Positions 13,478 to 25,977 of a stretch of 50,108 nucleotides of DNA are shown one piece after another. Each line of letters begins with the position of its first letter. The stretch's first letter is position 1. Source of the DNA: Somniosus microcephalus (lineage: Eukaryota); NCBI GenBank assembly GCA_052327205.1, contig JBMRGM010001163.1, positions 1 through 50,108 of the forward strand, given 5' to 3'. The position numbers and the translations under genes are program-made. The notes below the pieces were generated by a model. That model saw only the letters and a program-made list of their open reading frames with translations, had not been told where the DNA came from and did no database searches.

Positions 13478-13547
13478 TACTCTTACCTGGACTTTAACCA
13501 AGACCAATAACTTGAAAAACTATCGTTGTTTATTCAACTATAAGAAT
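13478..13547 (-). tRNA. trnE: tRNA-Glu (TTC)
   Basis: Minus-strand anticodon TTC; lies between ND6 and CYTB. Confidence 0.9.
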
Positions 13548-13551
13548 TATA

Positions 13552-14697
13552 ATGACCACTAACACCCGAAAAACCCACCCACTTATTAAAATTGTTAATG
13601 ACGCTTTAATTGATCTACCCTCACCGTCTAACTTTTCAATTTGATGAAACTTTGGATCACTCTTAGGACTTTGCCTAATTATTCAAATCCTTACAGGCCT
13701 ATTCCTGGCCATACACTACACCGCAGACATTTCCACGGCCTTCTCCTCAGTAGCCCATATTTGCCGTGACGTAAATTACGGCTGATTAATTCGCAATATT
13801 CATGCCAACGGGGCCTCATTATTCTTTATCTGTATTTATTTACATATTGCCCGAGGACTTTATTATGGCTCTTACCTCTTCAAAGAGACATGAAATGTTG
13901 GGGTTATTCTATTATTTCTACTAATAGCAACAGCCTTCGTGGGTTATGTCCTGCCATGAGGACAAATATCTTTCTGAGGGGCCACAGTTATTACTAATCT
14001 TCTTTCCGCCTTCCCGTATGTTGGGGACACACTAGTCCAATGAATTTGAGGAGGCTTCTCAATTGATAACGCCACCCTTACACGTTTCTTCGCATTCCAT
14101 TTCATCCTCCCATTCCTAATCATTGGACTAACTCTCATTCACCTATTATTTCTACACGAAACTGGCTCCAACAACCCAATAGGCCTTAATTCTGACATAG
14201 ACAAGATTTCATTCCACCCCTACTTCTCATACAAAGATATAGTTGGGTTCTTTATCATAATTACTCTACTAACCCTATTAGCCCTATTCTTACCTAACCT
14301 ATTAGGCGATGCCGAAAACTTCATTCCTGCTAATCCACTTGTTACCCCGCCCCACATTAAACCTGAATGATATTTCCTATTTGCCTACGCCATCCTACGC
14401 TCTATCCCAAATAAACTTGGGGGGGTTCTAGCCCTCCTATTCTCAATCTTTATTCTCATGTTGGTTCCAATGCTTCACACCTCAAAACAACGAAGCAATA
14501 CCTTCCGACCCCCAGCCCAAATCCTTTTCTGACTACTAGTAGCCAACGCAATTATCCTAACATGAATTGGAGGACAGCCAGTTGAACAACCATTCATTAT
14601 CATCGGCCAAATTGCCTCCGTTACCTACTTCTCATTATTCCTTATTATTATCCCATTAACCAGCTGGTATGAAAACAAAATGCTCAGCCTAAATTAA
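13552..14697 (+). CDS. CYTB: Cytochrome b
   Basis: ATG..TAA, 1146 bp; motifs WWNFGSLLG, HANGAS and [21 protein letters not shown]. Confidence 0.98.
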
Positions 14698-14698
14698 T

Positions 14699-14771
14699 GT
14701 TTTGGTAGCTTAAATTTAAAAGCGTCGGCCTTGTAAGTCGAAGACCGGGGGTGAAATCCCTCCCCAAAGCA
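14699..14771 (+). tRNA. trnT: tRNA-Thr (TGT)
   Basis: gttttgg/ccaaagc acceptor, anticodon arm tcggccttgtaagtcga. Confidence 0.92.
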
Positions 14772-14773
14772 CA

Positions 14774-14842
14774 TCAGAGGAAAGAGAGTTAAACTCCTGC
14801 CCTTGGCTCCCAAAGCCAAGATTCTGCCTAAACTGCCCCCTG
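14774..14842 (-). tRNA. trnP: tRNA-Pro (TGG)
   Basis: Minus-strand anticodon arm ttggctttgggagccaa. Confidence 0.92.
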
Positions 14843-15779
14843 AATGTCTAAAGATCACGCAAAAAGCGTGATTTTTTTGAAGTAAGTCAGTTGCACATAT
14901 TAATGATATAGCCCACATATCCTAATATGCCACATACAACTTCACCTGATAATCAACATGTATGATTTACCCCATCTTCATCACATATACTATGTATAAT
15001 ACTCATTAACCTATAATCCTCACCTTCATTACATACTATGATTAACCCACACTTCCTTAATAATCAACAAATTCATTTCATTAAAATTCATAACCCACAT
15101 TAATCTATAATCAATATATCCATTTCATAATACCTTTAACCCCTATTTTATGAAGATCAATTATTCAATTCGGGAAAACTAGAAACCCGCAATAATCCCT
15201 TGTAAGGTATATAGTGTACGGTTTGTGGTACATAATTGATTAATCCCTAATAATAGATCAAATGCCGGCATTTGGCTACCTTAAGATACACACAGTTCTG
15301 TACGCGTCAGCCATCCAGACCGCTAGCTCCCTTTAATGGCATTCTACTCTTAACCGTCTCAAGATTTATCAATCTCCCAGCTTTTTTTTTTCGGGATGAA
15401 GCAGTAACTATGCCCAAGGGCTGGGATAAAAACACTAATACAAATCTGAACTCATCTAGACCTAAATTGAGATATTAAATAAATGAAATCCTCGGACTCT
15501 GGTCATTAAGTTGACCATATTGTCAAGTGGATTGAAGGTATGAATTATGAAAGACACTATTTTATTTCGTGATTAGTGTTACTTCTGCTTAAGAAAGATA
15601 CGTCATTAACCCTCAGAGATTTTGGTAATCGATAATTAATTAATGGAGTTTCGCATACAATTCTTTGACACATACTTCACTATACGAGCATAGATATTAG
15701 ACTTTTCACTATTTTTTGAGAGGTGCCCCTTGGGTTCCGAAGAGAAAGACGACTGATTGTTAACTAGTTTTTTTTGGAA

Positions 15780-15797
15780 AAACCCCCCCTCCCCCCT
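15780..15797. promoter_or_regulatory. Conserved sequence block II (CSB-II)
   Basis: AAACCCCCCCTCCCCCCT matches the vertebrate CSB-II pattern; also at +16730 and +33460. Confidence 0.85.
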
Positions 15798-15816
15798 AAT
15801 ATGCATAATGACTTTT

Positions 15817-15838
15817 CTCGAAAAACCCCAAAAACGAG
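15817..15838. promoter_or_regulatory. Conserved sequence block III (CSB-III)-like
   Basis: CTCGAAAAACCCCAAAAACGAG resembles the AAACCCC-AAAAC core and lies downstream of CSB-II. Confidence 0.7.
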
Positions 15839-15917
15839 GGCCGAATGCACATTTTTACCTTTTTGCGTGTGGAAAATATCCGCTATACATTGTTGCACTT
15901 GTGTTGCACAATGTGAC

Positions 15918-15986
15918 GCTAGTGTAGCTTAATTGAAAGTATGGCACTGAAGATGCTAAGATGAAAAATAAAAATTTCCGCAGGCA
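15918..15986 (+). tRNA. trnF: tRNA-Phe (GAA)
   Basis: Starts gctagtgtagcttaa; anticodon arm ggcactgaagatgct. Confidence 0.93.
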
Positions 15987-16937
15987 TGTAAGGTTTGGTC
16001 CTAGCCTCAGTATTAATTGTAACTTGACTTATACATGCAAGTTTCAGCACCCCTGTGAGAATGCCCTAATCAACCTATTAATTGGTCAGGAGCTGGTATC
16101 AGGCACACACACGTAGCCCAAGACACCTTGCTAAGCCACACCCCCATGGGACTTCAGCAGTAATAAACATTGATTCTATAAGCGCAAGCTTGAATCAGTT
16201 AGAGTTGACTGGGTTGGTAAAACTCGTGCCAGCCACCGCGGTTATACGAGTAACCCTTATTAATATTTTCCCGGCGTAAAGAGTGGTTTAAGAGAATCTT
16301 AAACAACTAAAGTTAAGACCTTATCAAGCCGTTATACGCTCCTATGAGTGGAATTATCAACAACGAAAGTGACTTTATAACATTAGAAATCTTGATGCCA
16401 CGACAGTTGGGCCCCAAACTAGGATTAGATACCCTACTATGCCCAACCACAAACTTAGACAATAACCTACCACATTGTCCGCCAGAGTACTACAAGCGCT
16501 AGCTTAAAACCCAAAGGACTTGGCGGTGCCCTAGACCCCCCTAGAGGAGCCTGTTCTATAACCGATAATCCCCGTTAAACCTCACCACTCCTTGCCAATA
16601 CCGCCTATATACCGCCGTCGTCAGCTCACCCTGTGAAGGATAAGAAGTAAGCAAAAAGAATTAACTCCCACACGTCAGGTCGAGGTGTAGCGAATGGAGT
16701 GGAAAGAAATGGGCTACATTTTCTACTAAGAAAACACGGATAGTAAACTGAAAATCTACTTTAAGGTGGATTTAGCAGTAAGGAAAAATCAGAGTATTTT
16801 CCTGAAGCCGGCTCTAGGGCGCGCACACACCGCCCGTCACTCTCCTCAACAAAACCTTTACTTTTTATAAAAAAATTATTTTACTAAGAGGAGGCAAGTC
16901 GTAACATGGTAAGTGTACTGGAAAGTGTACTTGGAAT
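15987..16937 (+). rRNA. rrnS: 12S rRNA (complete; spans the copy 1/2 boundary)
   Basis: Motifs gtgccagccaccgcggttatacg and aggattagataccc; continuous across 16730/16731. Confidence 0.95.
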
Positions 16938-17009
16938 CAAAATGTAGCTTAAATAGTAAAGCACCTCCCTTACACCGAGGACAAACCCGCGCACTTCGAG
17001 TCATTTTGA
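16938..17009 (+). tRNA. trnV: tRNA-Val, copy 2
   Basis: Copy 1 feature +16730. Confidence 0.92.
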
Positions 17010-18684
17010 ACATTAAAGCTAGCCTAATTACCCTATTTAAACAAAACCCTATCAATTATATCCACCATTAATTTTTAAATTAAAACATTTTACACCTTTT
17101 AGTATGGGTGACAGAACAATAAATTTTAGCGCAATAGACTATGTACCGCAAGGGAGAGCTGAAAAAGAAATGAAACAAATAATTAAAGTAATAAAAAGCA
17201 GAGACTCAACCTCGTCCCTTTTGCATCATGATTTAGCTAGATCAACTAGGCAAAGAGATCTTAAGTCTATCTTCCCGAAACTAAACGAGCTACTCCGGAG
17301 CAGCACATTAGAGCCAACCCGTCTCTGTGGCAAAAGAGTGGGAAGACTTCCGAGTAGCGGTGACAGACCTATCGAGTTTAGTGATAGCTGGTTATCCAAG
17401 AAAAGAACTTAAATTCTGCATTAATTTTTTTACGCCGACTAGAACATCTTCTTAAGGCCAAAAATAAGAATTAGTAGTTATTTAGAAGAGGTACAGCCCT
17501 TCTAAATTAAGATACAACTTTTAAAGGCGGGTAATGATCACATTTTATTAAAGGTTTTACCCCCAGTGGGCTTAAAAGCAGCCATCTGTAAAGTAAGCGT
17601 CACAGCTCCAGCTCCATGCAAACCTATAATTTAGATATTATCTCACAACCCCCTTACCTGTATTGGATTATTTTATACATTTATAAAAGAACTTATGCTA
17701 AAATGAGTAATAAGAGGCCAAACCTCTCCTAACACAAGTGTACATCAGAAAGAATTAAATCACTGATAATTAAACGAACCCAAACTGAGGACATAATAAT
17801 AATTTATTATCAACTAGAAAACCTTATTAAATAATTCGTTAACCCCACACAGGAGTGTATTAAGGAAAGATTAAAAGAAAATAAAGGAACTCGGCAAACA
17901 CAAACTCCGCCTGTTTACCAAAAACATCGCCTCTTGTTTAACTATCATAAGAGGTCCCGCCTGCCCTGTGACAATGTTCAACGGCCGCGGTATTTTGACC
18001 GTGCGAAGGTAGCGTAATCACTTGTCTTTTAAATGAAGACCTGTATGAAAGGCATCACGAGAGTTTAACTGTCTCTATTTTCTAATCAATGAAATTGATC
18101 TTCTCGTGCAGAAGCGAGAATATTACCATAAGACGAGAAGACCCTATGGAGCTTCAAACACTTAAATTAACTATGTAAAATTGTAATCCCCTGGGAATAA
18201 TCACTCATACAATATTTCTAATTTAATTGTTTTTGGTTGGGGTGACCGAGGGGGAAAAAAAATCCCCCCTATCGATTGAGTATTTAATACTTGAAAATTA
18301 GAACGACAGTTCTAATTAATAAAACATTTACCGAAAAATGACCCAGAATTTTTTCTGATCAATGAACCAAGTTACCCTAGGGATAACAGCGCAATCCTTT
18401 CCAAGAGTCCCTATCGCCGAAAGGGTTTACGACCTCGATGTTGGATCAGGACATCCTAATGGTGCAACCGTTATTAAGGGTTCGTTTGTTCAACGATTAA
18501 CAGTCCTACGTGATCTGAGTTCAGACCGGAGAAATCCAGGTCAGTTTCTATCTATGAACTTATTTTTCCTAGTACGAAAGGACCGGAAAAATGGAGCCAA
18601 TGCCCAACGGTATGCTCCCTTTTCACCTGCTGAAATAAACTAAATTAGGTAAGAAAAAATTACCTAAAACCCAAGACAAGGGTT
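17010..18684 (+). rRNA. rrnL: 16S rRNA, copy 2
   Basis: Copy 1 feature +16730. Confidence 0.95.
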
Positions 18685-18759
18685 GTTAAGGTGGCAGAGC
18701 CTGGTAAATGCGAAAGACCTAAGTCCTTTAATTCAGAGGTTCAAATCCTCTCCTTAATT
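18685..18759 (+). tRNA. trnL2: tRNA-Leu(UUR), copy 2
   Basis: Copy 1 feature +16730. Confidence 0.92.
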
Positions 18760-19734
18760 ATGCTACAACACATTTTACTCTACCTTATTAACCCACTTGC
18801 CTACATTGTCCCTATTCTTTTAGCTACAGCTTTTTTAACCTTAGTTGAACGAAAAATCCTGGGCTACATACAATTCCGTAAAGGTCCTAACATTGTAGGA
18901 CCCTATGGGCTCCTTCAACCCATCGCAGACGGCATTAAACTCTTTATCAAAGAACCCATCCGGCCATCTACGTCCTCCCCATTTTTATTTTTAGCCACCC
19001 CCACCCTCGCATTAACCCTAGCCCTCCTTATATGAATACCCCTCCCCTTACCCCATTCAATCATTAACCTCAACCTAGGCCTCTTATTTATTTTGGCAGT
19101 CTCAAGTTTAACCGTATATACAATTCTAGGCTCAGGATGAGCATCAAATTCAAAATACGCCCTTATAGGGGCCCTACGAGCTGTAGCACAAACTATCTCC
19201 TACGAGGTTAGTTTAGGCCTCATCTTATTATCTATAATTATCTTCGCAGGGGGATTTACACTTCACACCTTTAACCTAACCCAAGAAACAATCTGACTAT
19301 TAATTCCAGGCTGACCATTAGCCATAATATGGTATATCTCAACTTTAGCAGAGACCAACCGAGCACCGTTTGATCTAACCGAAGGAGAATCAGAATTAGT
19401 CTCAGGGTTTAATGTTGAATATGCAGCCGGGTCATTTGCCTTATTTTTCCTGGCCGAATATACAAATATTTTAATAATAAATACTCTTTCCGTAATTTTA
19501 TTTATGGGCTCCTCCTATAACCCTACAATGCCACAAATTTCCACATTTTATTTAATAATAAAAGCAACACTACTCACCATAATTTTTCTATGAATTCGCG
19601 CATCCTACCCACGATTCCGTTATGACCAACTTATACACTTAGTATGAAAAAACTTTTTACCACTAACCCTAGCCATCATCCTATGACACGCCGCCCTCCC
19701 ACTCGCTATAGCAAGCCTTCCTCCACTAACTTAG
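18760..19734 (+). CDS. ND1: NADH dehydrogenase subunit 1, copy 2
   Basis: Copy 1 feature +16730. Confidence 0.96.
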
Positions 19735-19736
19735 AT

Positions 19737-19806
19737 GGAAGTGTGCCTGAACTAAAGGACCACTTTGATAGAGTGGATAATGAAAGTTAAAATCTCTCCA
19801 CTTCCT
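19737..19806 (+). tRNA. trnI: tRNA-Ile, copy 2
   Basis: Copy 1 feature +16730. Confidence 0.92.
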
Positions 19807-19807
19807 A

Positions 19808-19879
19808 TTAGAAAAATAGGACTTGAACCTACACCCAAGAGATCAAAACTCTTGGTACTTCCAATTATACTATTTCCTA
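19808..19879 (-). tRNA. trnQ: tRNA-Gln, copy 2
   Basis: Copy 1 feature +16730. Confidence 0.9.
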
Positions 19880-19948
19880 AGTAAAGTCAGCTAATTAAGC
19901 TTTTGGGCCCATACCCCAACCACGTCGGTTAAAATCCTTCCTCTACTA
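19880..19948 (+). tRNA. trnM: tRNA-Met, copy 2
   Basis: Copy 1 feature +16730. Confidence 0.92.
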
Positions 19949-20995
19949 ATGAACCCTGTAGTATTAACCATTATTATCTCAAGCCTAGGCCTGGGAACCA
20001 TAATAACATTTATTGGATCCCATTGACTCCTGGTATGAATAGGCCTTGAAATTAATACCTTGGCTATTATCCCTTTAATAATTCGCCAACACCACCCCCG
20101 AGCAGTAGAAGCAACCACAAAATATTTCCTAACACAAGCAACCGCCTCTGCTCTACTTTTATTTGCTAGTATTACAAACGCCTGAACATCAGGCGAATGA
20201 AGTTTACTTGAAATACTTAACCCAACATCCGCCACACTTGCAACTATCGCATTAGCCTTAAAAATTGGCCTCGCACCAATACATTTTTGACTACCTGAAG
20301 TACTTCAAGGATTAGACCTTACCACAGGTTTAATTCTAGCCACCTGACAAAAACTTGCTCCCTTTGCCATTCTCCTTCAACTCCATCACTTGCTTAATTC
20401 AAATTTACTACTATTCTTAGGCATTTCTTCAACTATCGTTGGGGGCTGAGGCGGCCTAAACCAGACTCAACTACGAAAAATCCTAGCTTACTCATCAATC
20501 GCCCACCTTGGATGAATAATTACAATCCTACATTACTCCCCTAACCTTACCAAACTCAACCTCTCCTTATATATTATTATAACCCTCACAACCTTTCTCC
20601 TCTTTAAACTCTTCGACTCCACTAAAATTAATTCTATCGCCATCTCAACAGTCAAATCACCCCTTCTAACTGTAATTACCTTAATAACCCTACTCTCTCT
20701 TGGTGGCCTACCACCACTTTCAGGATTTATACCAAAATGATTGATTTTACAAGAACTAACCAAACAAAACCTGGCTATTCCAGCCACCATTATAGCCCTC
20801 GCAGCCCTCCTTAGCTTATTCTTCTACCTTCGTCTATGCTACTCTACAACCCTAACCATATCCCCAAACTCTATCTATCTATCAACCTCATGACGAACAA
20901 AATCCCTTCAACCAAACATAACCCTAATGACAGCCTCCTCCCTCTCTATTCTACTCTTACCACTAACACCTGCCATTCTTATATTAACACTTTAA
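19949..20995 (+). CDS. ND2: NADH dehydrogenase subunit 2, copy 2
   Basis: Copy 1 feature +16730. Confidence 0.96.
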
Positions 20996-21063
20996 GAAAT
21001 TTAGGCTAAATAGACCAAAAGCCTTCAAAGCTTTTAGCAGGAGTGAAAATCCCCTAATTTCTG
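20995..21063 (+). tRNA. trnW: tRNA-Trp, copy 2
   Basis: Copy 1 feature +16730. Confidence 0.92.
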
Positions 21064-21064
21064 T

Positions 21065-21133
21065 TAAGACTTGCAAGATTTTATCTCACATCTTCTGAAT
21101 GCAACCCAGATGCTTTTATTAAGCTAAAACCTT
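21065..21133 (-). tRNA. trnA: tRNA-Ala, copy 2
   Basis: Copy 1 feature +16730. Confidence 0.9.
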
Positions 21134-21207
21134 CTAGATAAATAGGCCTTGATCCTACAAAAATCTTAGTTAACAGCTAAGCGTCCAAACCAGCGAACTT
21201 TTATCTA
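21134..21207 (-). tRNA. trnN: tRNA-Asn, copy 2
   Basis: Copy 1 feature +16730. Confidence 0.9.
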
Positions 21208-21210
21208 CGG

Positions 21211-21246
21211 CTTCCTCCCGCCGTAATACGGGGAGGCGGGAGGAAA
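21211..21246. promoter_or_regulatory. OL stem-loop, copy 2
   Basis: Copy 1 feature +16730. Confidence 0.9.
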
Positions 21247-21311
21247 GCCCCGGGAGGAGTTAACCTCCGGTTTTGGATTTGCAATCCAACGTATAAATCT
21301 ACTGCGGAACT
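21245..21311 (-). tRNA. trnC: tRNA-Cys, copy 2
   Basis: Copy 1 feature +16730. Confidence 0.9.
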
Positions 21312-21312
21312 T

Positions 21313-21382
21313 TGGTAAGAAGAGGGGTTTAACCTCTGTTCACGGGATTACAATCCGCCACTTAATTCTCAGTCACCTTACC
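21313..21382 (-). tRNA. trnY: tRNA-Tyr, copy 2
   Basis: Copy 1 feature +16730. Confidence 0.9.
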
Positions 21383-21383
21383 T

Positions 21384-22940
<1,557 letters not shown>

Positions 22941-23011
22941 CAAGGAAGGAAGGAATTGAACCCCCGTATATTGATTTCAAGTCAATCACATCACCACTCT
23001 GTCACTTTCTT
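22941..23011 (-). tRNA. trnS2: tRNA-Ser(UCN), copy 2
   Basis: Copy 1 feature +16730. Confidence 0.9.
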
Positions 23012-23014
23012 TGT

Positions 23015-23084
23015 AAGATTCTAGTAAAATGTATTACACTGCCTTGTCAAGGCAAAATTGTAAGTTCAAGTCTTACGAGTCCTA
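23015..23084 (+). tRNA. trnD: tRNA-Asp, copy 2
   Basis: Copy 1 feature +16730. Confidence 0.92.
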
Positions 23085-23085
23085 A

Positions 23086-23779
<694 letters not shown>

Positions 23780-23853
23780 CACTAAGAAGCTACAATGGGT
23801 TTAGCATTAGCCTTTTAAGCTAAAAATTGGTGACTCCCTACCACCCTTAGTGA
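23780..23853 (+). tRNA. trnK: tRNA-Lys, copy 2
   Basis: Copy 1 feature +16730. Confidence 0.92.
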
Positions 23854-23854
23854 C

Positions 23855-24022
23855 ATGCCTCAATTAAACCCACACCCTTGATTTGCCATTCTCATATTTT
23901 CATGAATTTTCTTCCTAGCAATTTTACCAAAAAAAGTAATAACACACCTATTCAATAATGAACCTACAACAAAAAGTGCTGAAAAACCCAAAACTGAGCC
24001 CTGAAATTGACCATGAACCTAA
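23855..24022 (+). CDS. ATP8: ATP synthase F0 subunit 8, copy 2
   Basis: Copy 1 feature +16730. Confidence 0.95.
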
Positions 24023-24696
24023 GTTTTTTTGACCAATTCTTAAGCCCCTCACTCCTTGGAATCCCATTAATTGCCCTAGCAATTATAATCCCATGATTAA
24101 TCTTCCCAGCTCCAACAAACCGCTGACTTAATAATCGTCTTACAACCCTCCAATCCTGATTTATTAACCGATTTACATACCAATTAATACAGCCTATAAA
24201 CCTTGGGGGACATAAATGAGCCACTATTTTAACAGCCCTAATATTATTTTTAATTACTATTAACCTTCTTGGTTTACTACCATATACTTTTACACCTACA
24301 ACCCAATTATCCCTAAACATAGCATTTGCCATCCCCCTTTGACTAACAACTGTTTTAATTGGGGTACTCAATCAACCCACCATTGCTCTTGGGCACCTAC
24401 TACCAGAAGGCACTCCAACCCTATTAATCCCAATTTTAATTATTATCGAAACTATCAGCCTCTTTATTCGACCTTTAGCATTAGGTGTTCGACTAACTGC
24501 CAATCTTACAGCTGGCCACCTTCTCATACAACTAATCGCCACCGCAGCCTTTGTATTAATTACTATTATACCCGCCGTAGCCCTACTAACCTCCCTAGTC
24601 TTATTTCTATTAACACTCTTAGAAATTGCCGTAGCAATAATTCAAGCATACGTATTTGTTCTTTTATTAAGCCTCTACTTACAAGAAAACGTTTAA
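24013..24696 (+). CDS. ATP6: ATP synthase F0 subunit 6, copy 2
   Basis: Copy 1 feature +16730. Confidence 0.95.
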
Positions 24697-25481
24697 TGGC
24701 TCACCAAGCACACGCATACCACATAGTTGACCCCAGCCCATGGCCGCTGACAGGAGCTGTCGCTGCTTTACTAATAACATCAGGCTTAGCCGTCTGATTC
24801 CATTTTCACTCTGCTTACCTCCTTTATTTAGGTTTAATTCTCCTATCTCTAACCATAGTTCAATGATGACGAGATGTTATCCGAGAAGGGACATTTCAAG
24901 GCCACCACACCCCACCAGTACAAAAAGGTTTCCGCTACGGAATGATTTTATTCATCACATCAGAAGTTTTCTTCTTCCTCGGCTTTTTCTGGGCCTTCTA
25001 CCACTCAAGCCTTGCCCCCACACCAGAATTGGGTGGGTGTTGACCGCCAACAGGAATTTATCCATTAGACCCCTTTGAAGTTCCACTTTTAAACACCGCA
25101 GTCCTTCTAGCATCTGGAGTCACAGTAACCTGGGCCCACCATAGCTTAATAGAAGGTAACCGAAAAGAAGCAATTCAAGCCCTAGCTTTAACCGTAGTAC
25201 TGGGGTTTTATTTTACAGCCCTCCAGGCCATAGAATATTACGAAGCCCCATTCACCATCGCCGATGGTGTCTATGGATCAACATTTTTTGTTGCTACCGG
25301 CTTCCACGGCCTCCATGTTATTATTGGTTCAACATTTCTAATAGTTTGTCTATTACGACAAATCCAATATCATTTTACATCAGAACATCATTTTGGCTTC
25401 GAAGCCGCTGCATGATACTGACATTTTGTAGATGTAGTATGATTATTCCTTTATGTTTCCATCTATTGATGAGGCTCATAA
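24696..25481 (+). CDS. COX3: Cytochrome c oxidase subunit III, copy 2
   Basis: Copy 1 feature +16730. Confidence 0.96.
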
Positions 25482-25483
25482 TT

Positions 25484-25553
25484 ACTTTTCTAGTATAAAT
25501 TAGTACAAGTGATTTCCAATTATTTAATCTTGGTTAAAATCCAAGGAGGAGTA
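25484..25553 (+). tRNA. trnG: tRNA-Gly, copy 2
   Basis: Copy 1 feature +16730. Confidence 0.92.
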
Positions 25554-25904
25554 ATGAACCTCATCATATCGTCTGTCGCAGCGACAGCCCTCATTTCCCT
25601 AATCCTTGTTTTCGTAGCATTTTGACTTCCTTCAATAAATCCAGATAACGAAAAATTATCCCCATATGAGTGTGGATTTGATCCATTAGGAAGTGCACGC
25701 CTCCCATTCTCACTGCGCTTCTTCCTTGTGGCGATTTTATTCCTACTATTTGACCTAGAAATTGCCCTCCTCCTACCCCTCCCATGAGGAGATCAACTAC
25801 TAACCCCTCTCGCCTTATTATTGTGAGCAACAAGTATTATTATTTTATTAACCTTGGGTCTTATTTATGAATGACTTCAAGGCGGTCTTGAATGAGCAGA
25901 GTAA
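25554..25904 (+). CDS. ND3: NADH dehydrogenase subunit 3, copy 2 (Leu88 variant)
   Basis: Copy 1 feature +16730; codon 88 is TTA here versus TCA in copies 1 and 3. Confidence 0.96.
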
Positions 25905-25907
25905 ACA

Positions 25908-25977
25908 AGGTGTTTAGTCCAAAACAAGACCACTAATTTCGGCTTAGTAAATTATGGTGAAAATCCATAAATACCTT
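25908..25977 (+). tRNA. trnR: tRNA-Arg, copy 2
   Basis: Copy 1 feature +16730. Confidence 0.92.

Larger units (their letters stand above)
14843..15917. promoter_or_regulatory. Control region / D-loop (1,075 bp)
   Basis: Non-coding AT-rich stretch between trnP and trnF, with TAS-like TACAT/ATGTA motifs, a T10 tract (15382-15391), CSB-II and CSB-III. Confidence 0.95.

Noticed and set aside
15272-15478. 68-aa ORF in the control region
   Set aside because: Non-ATG start, spans the poly-T tract, has no protein signature, and its length is compatible with chance.
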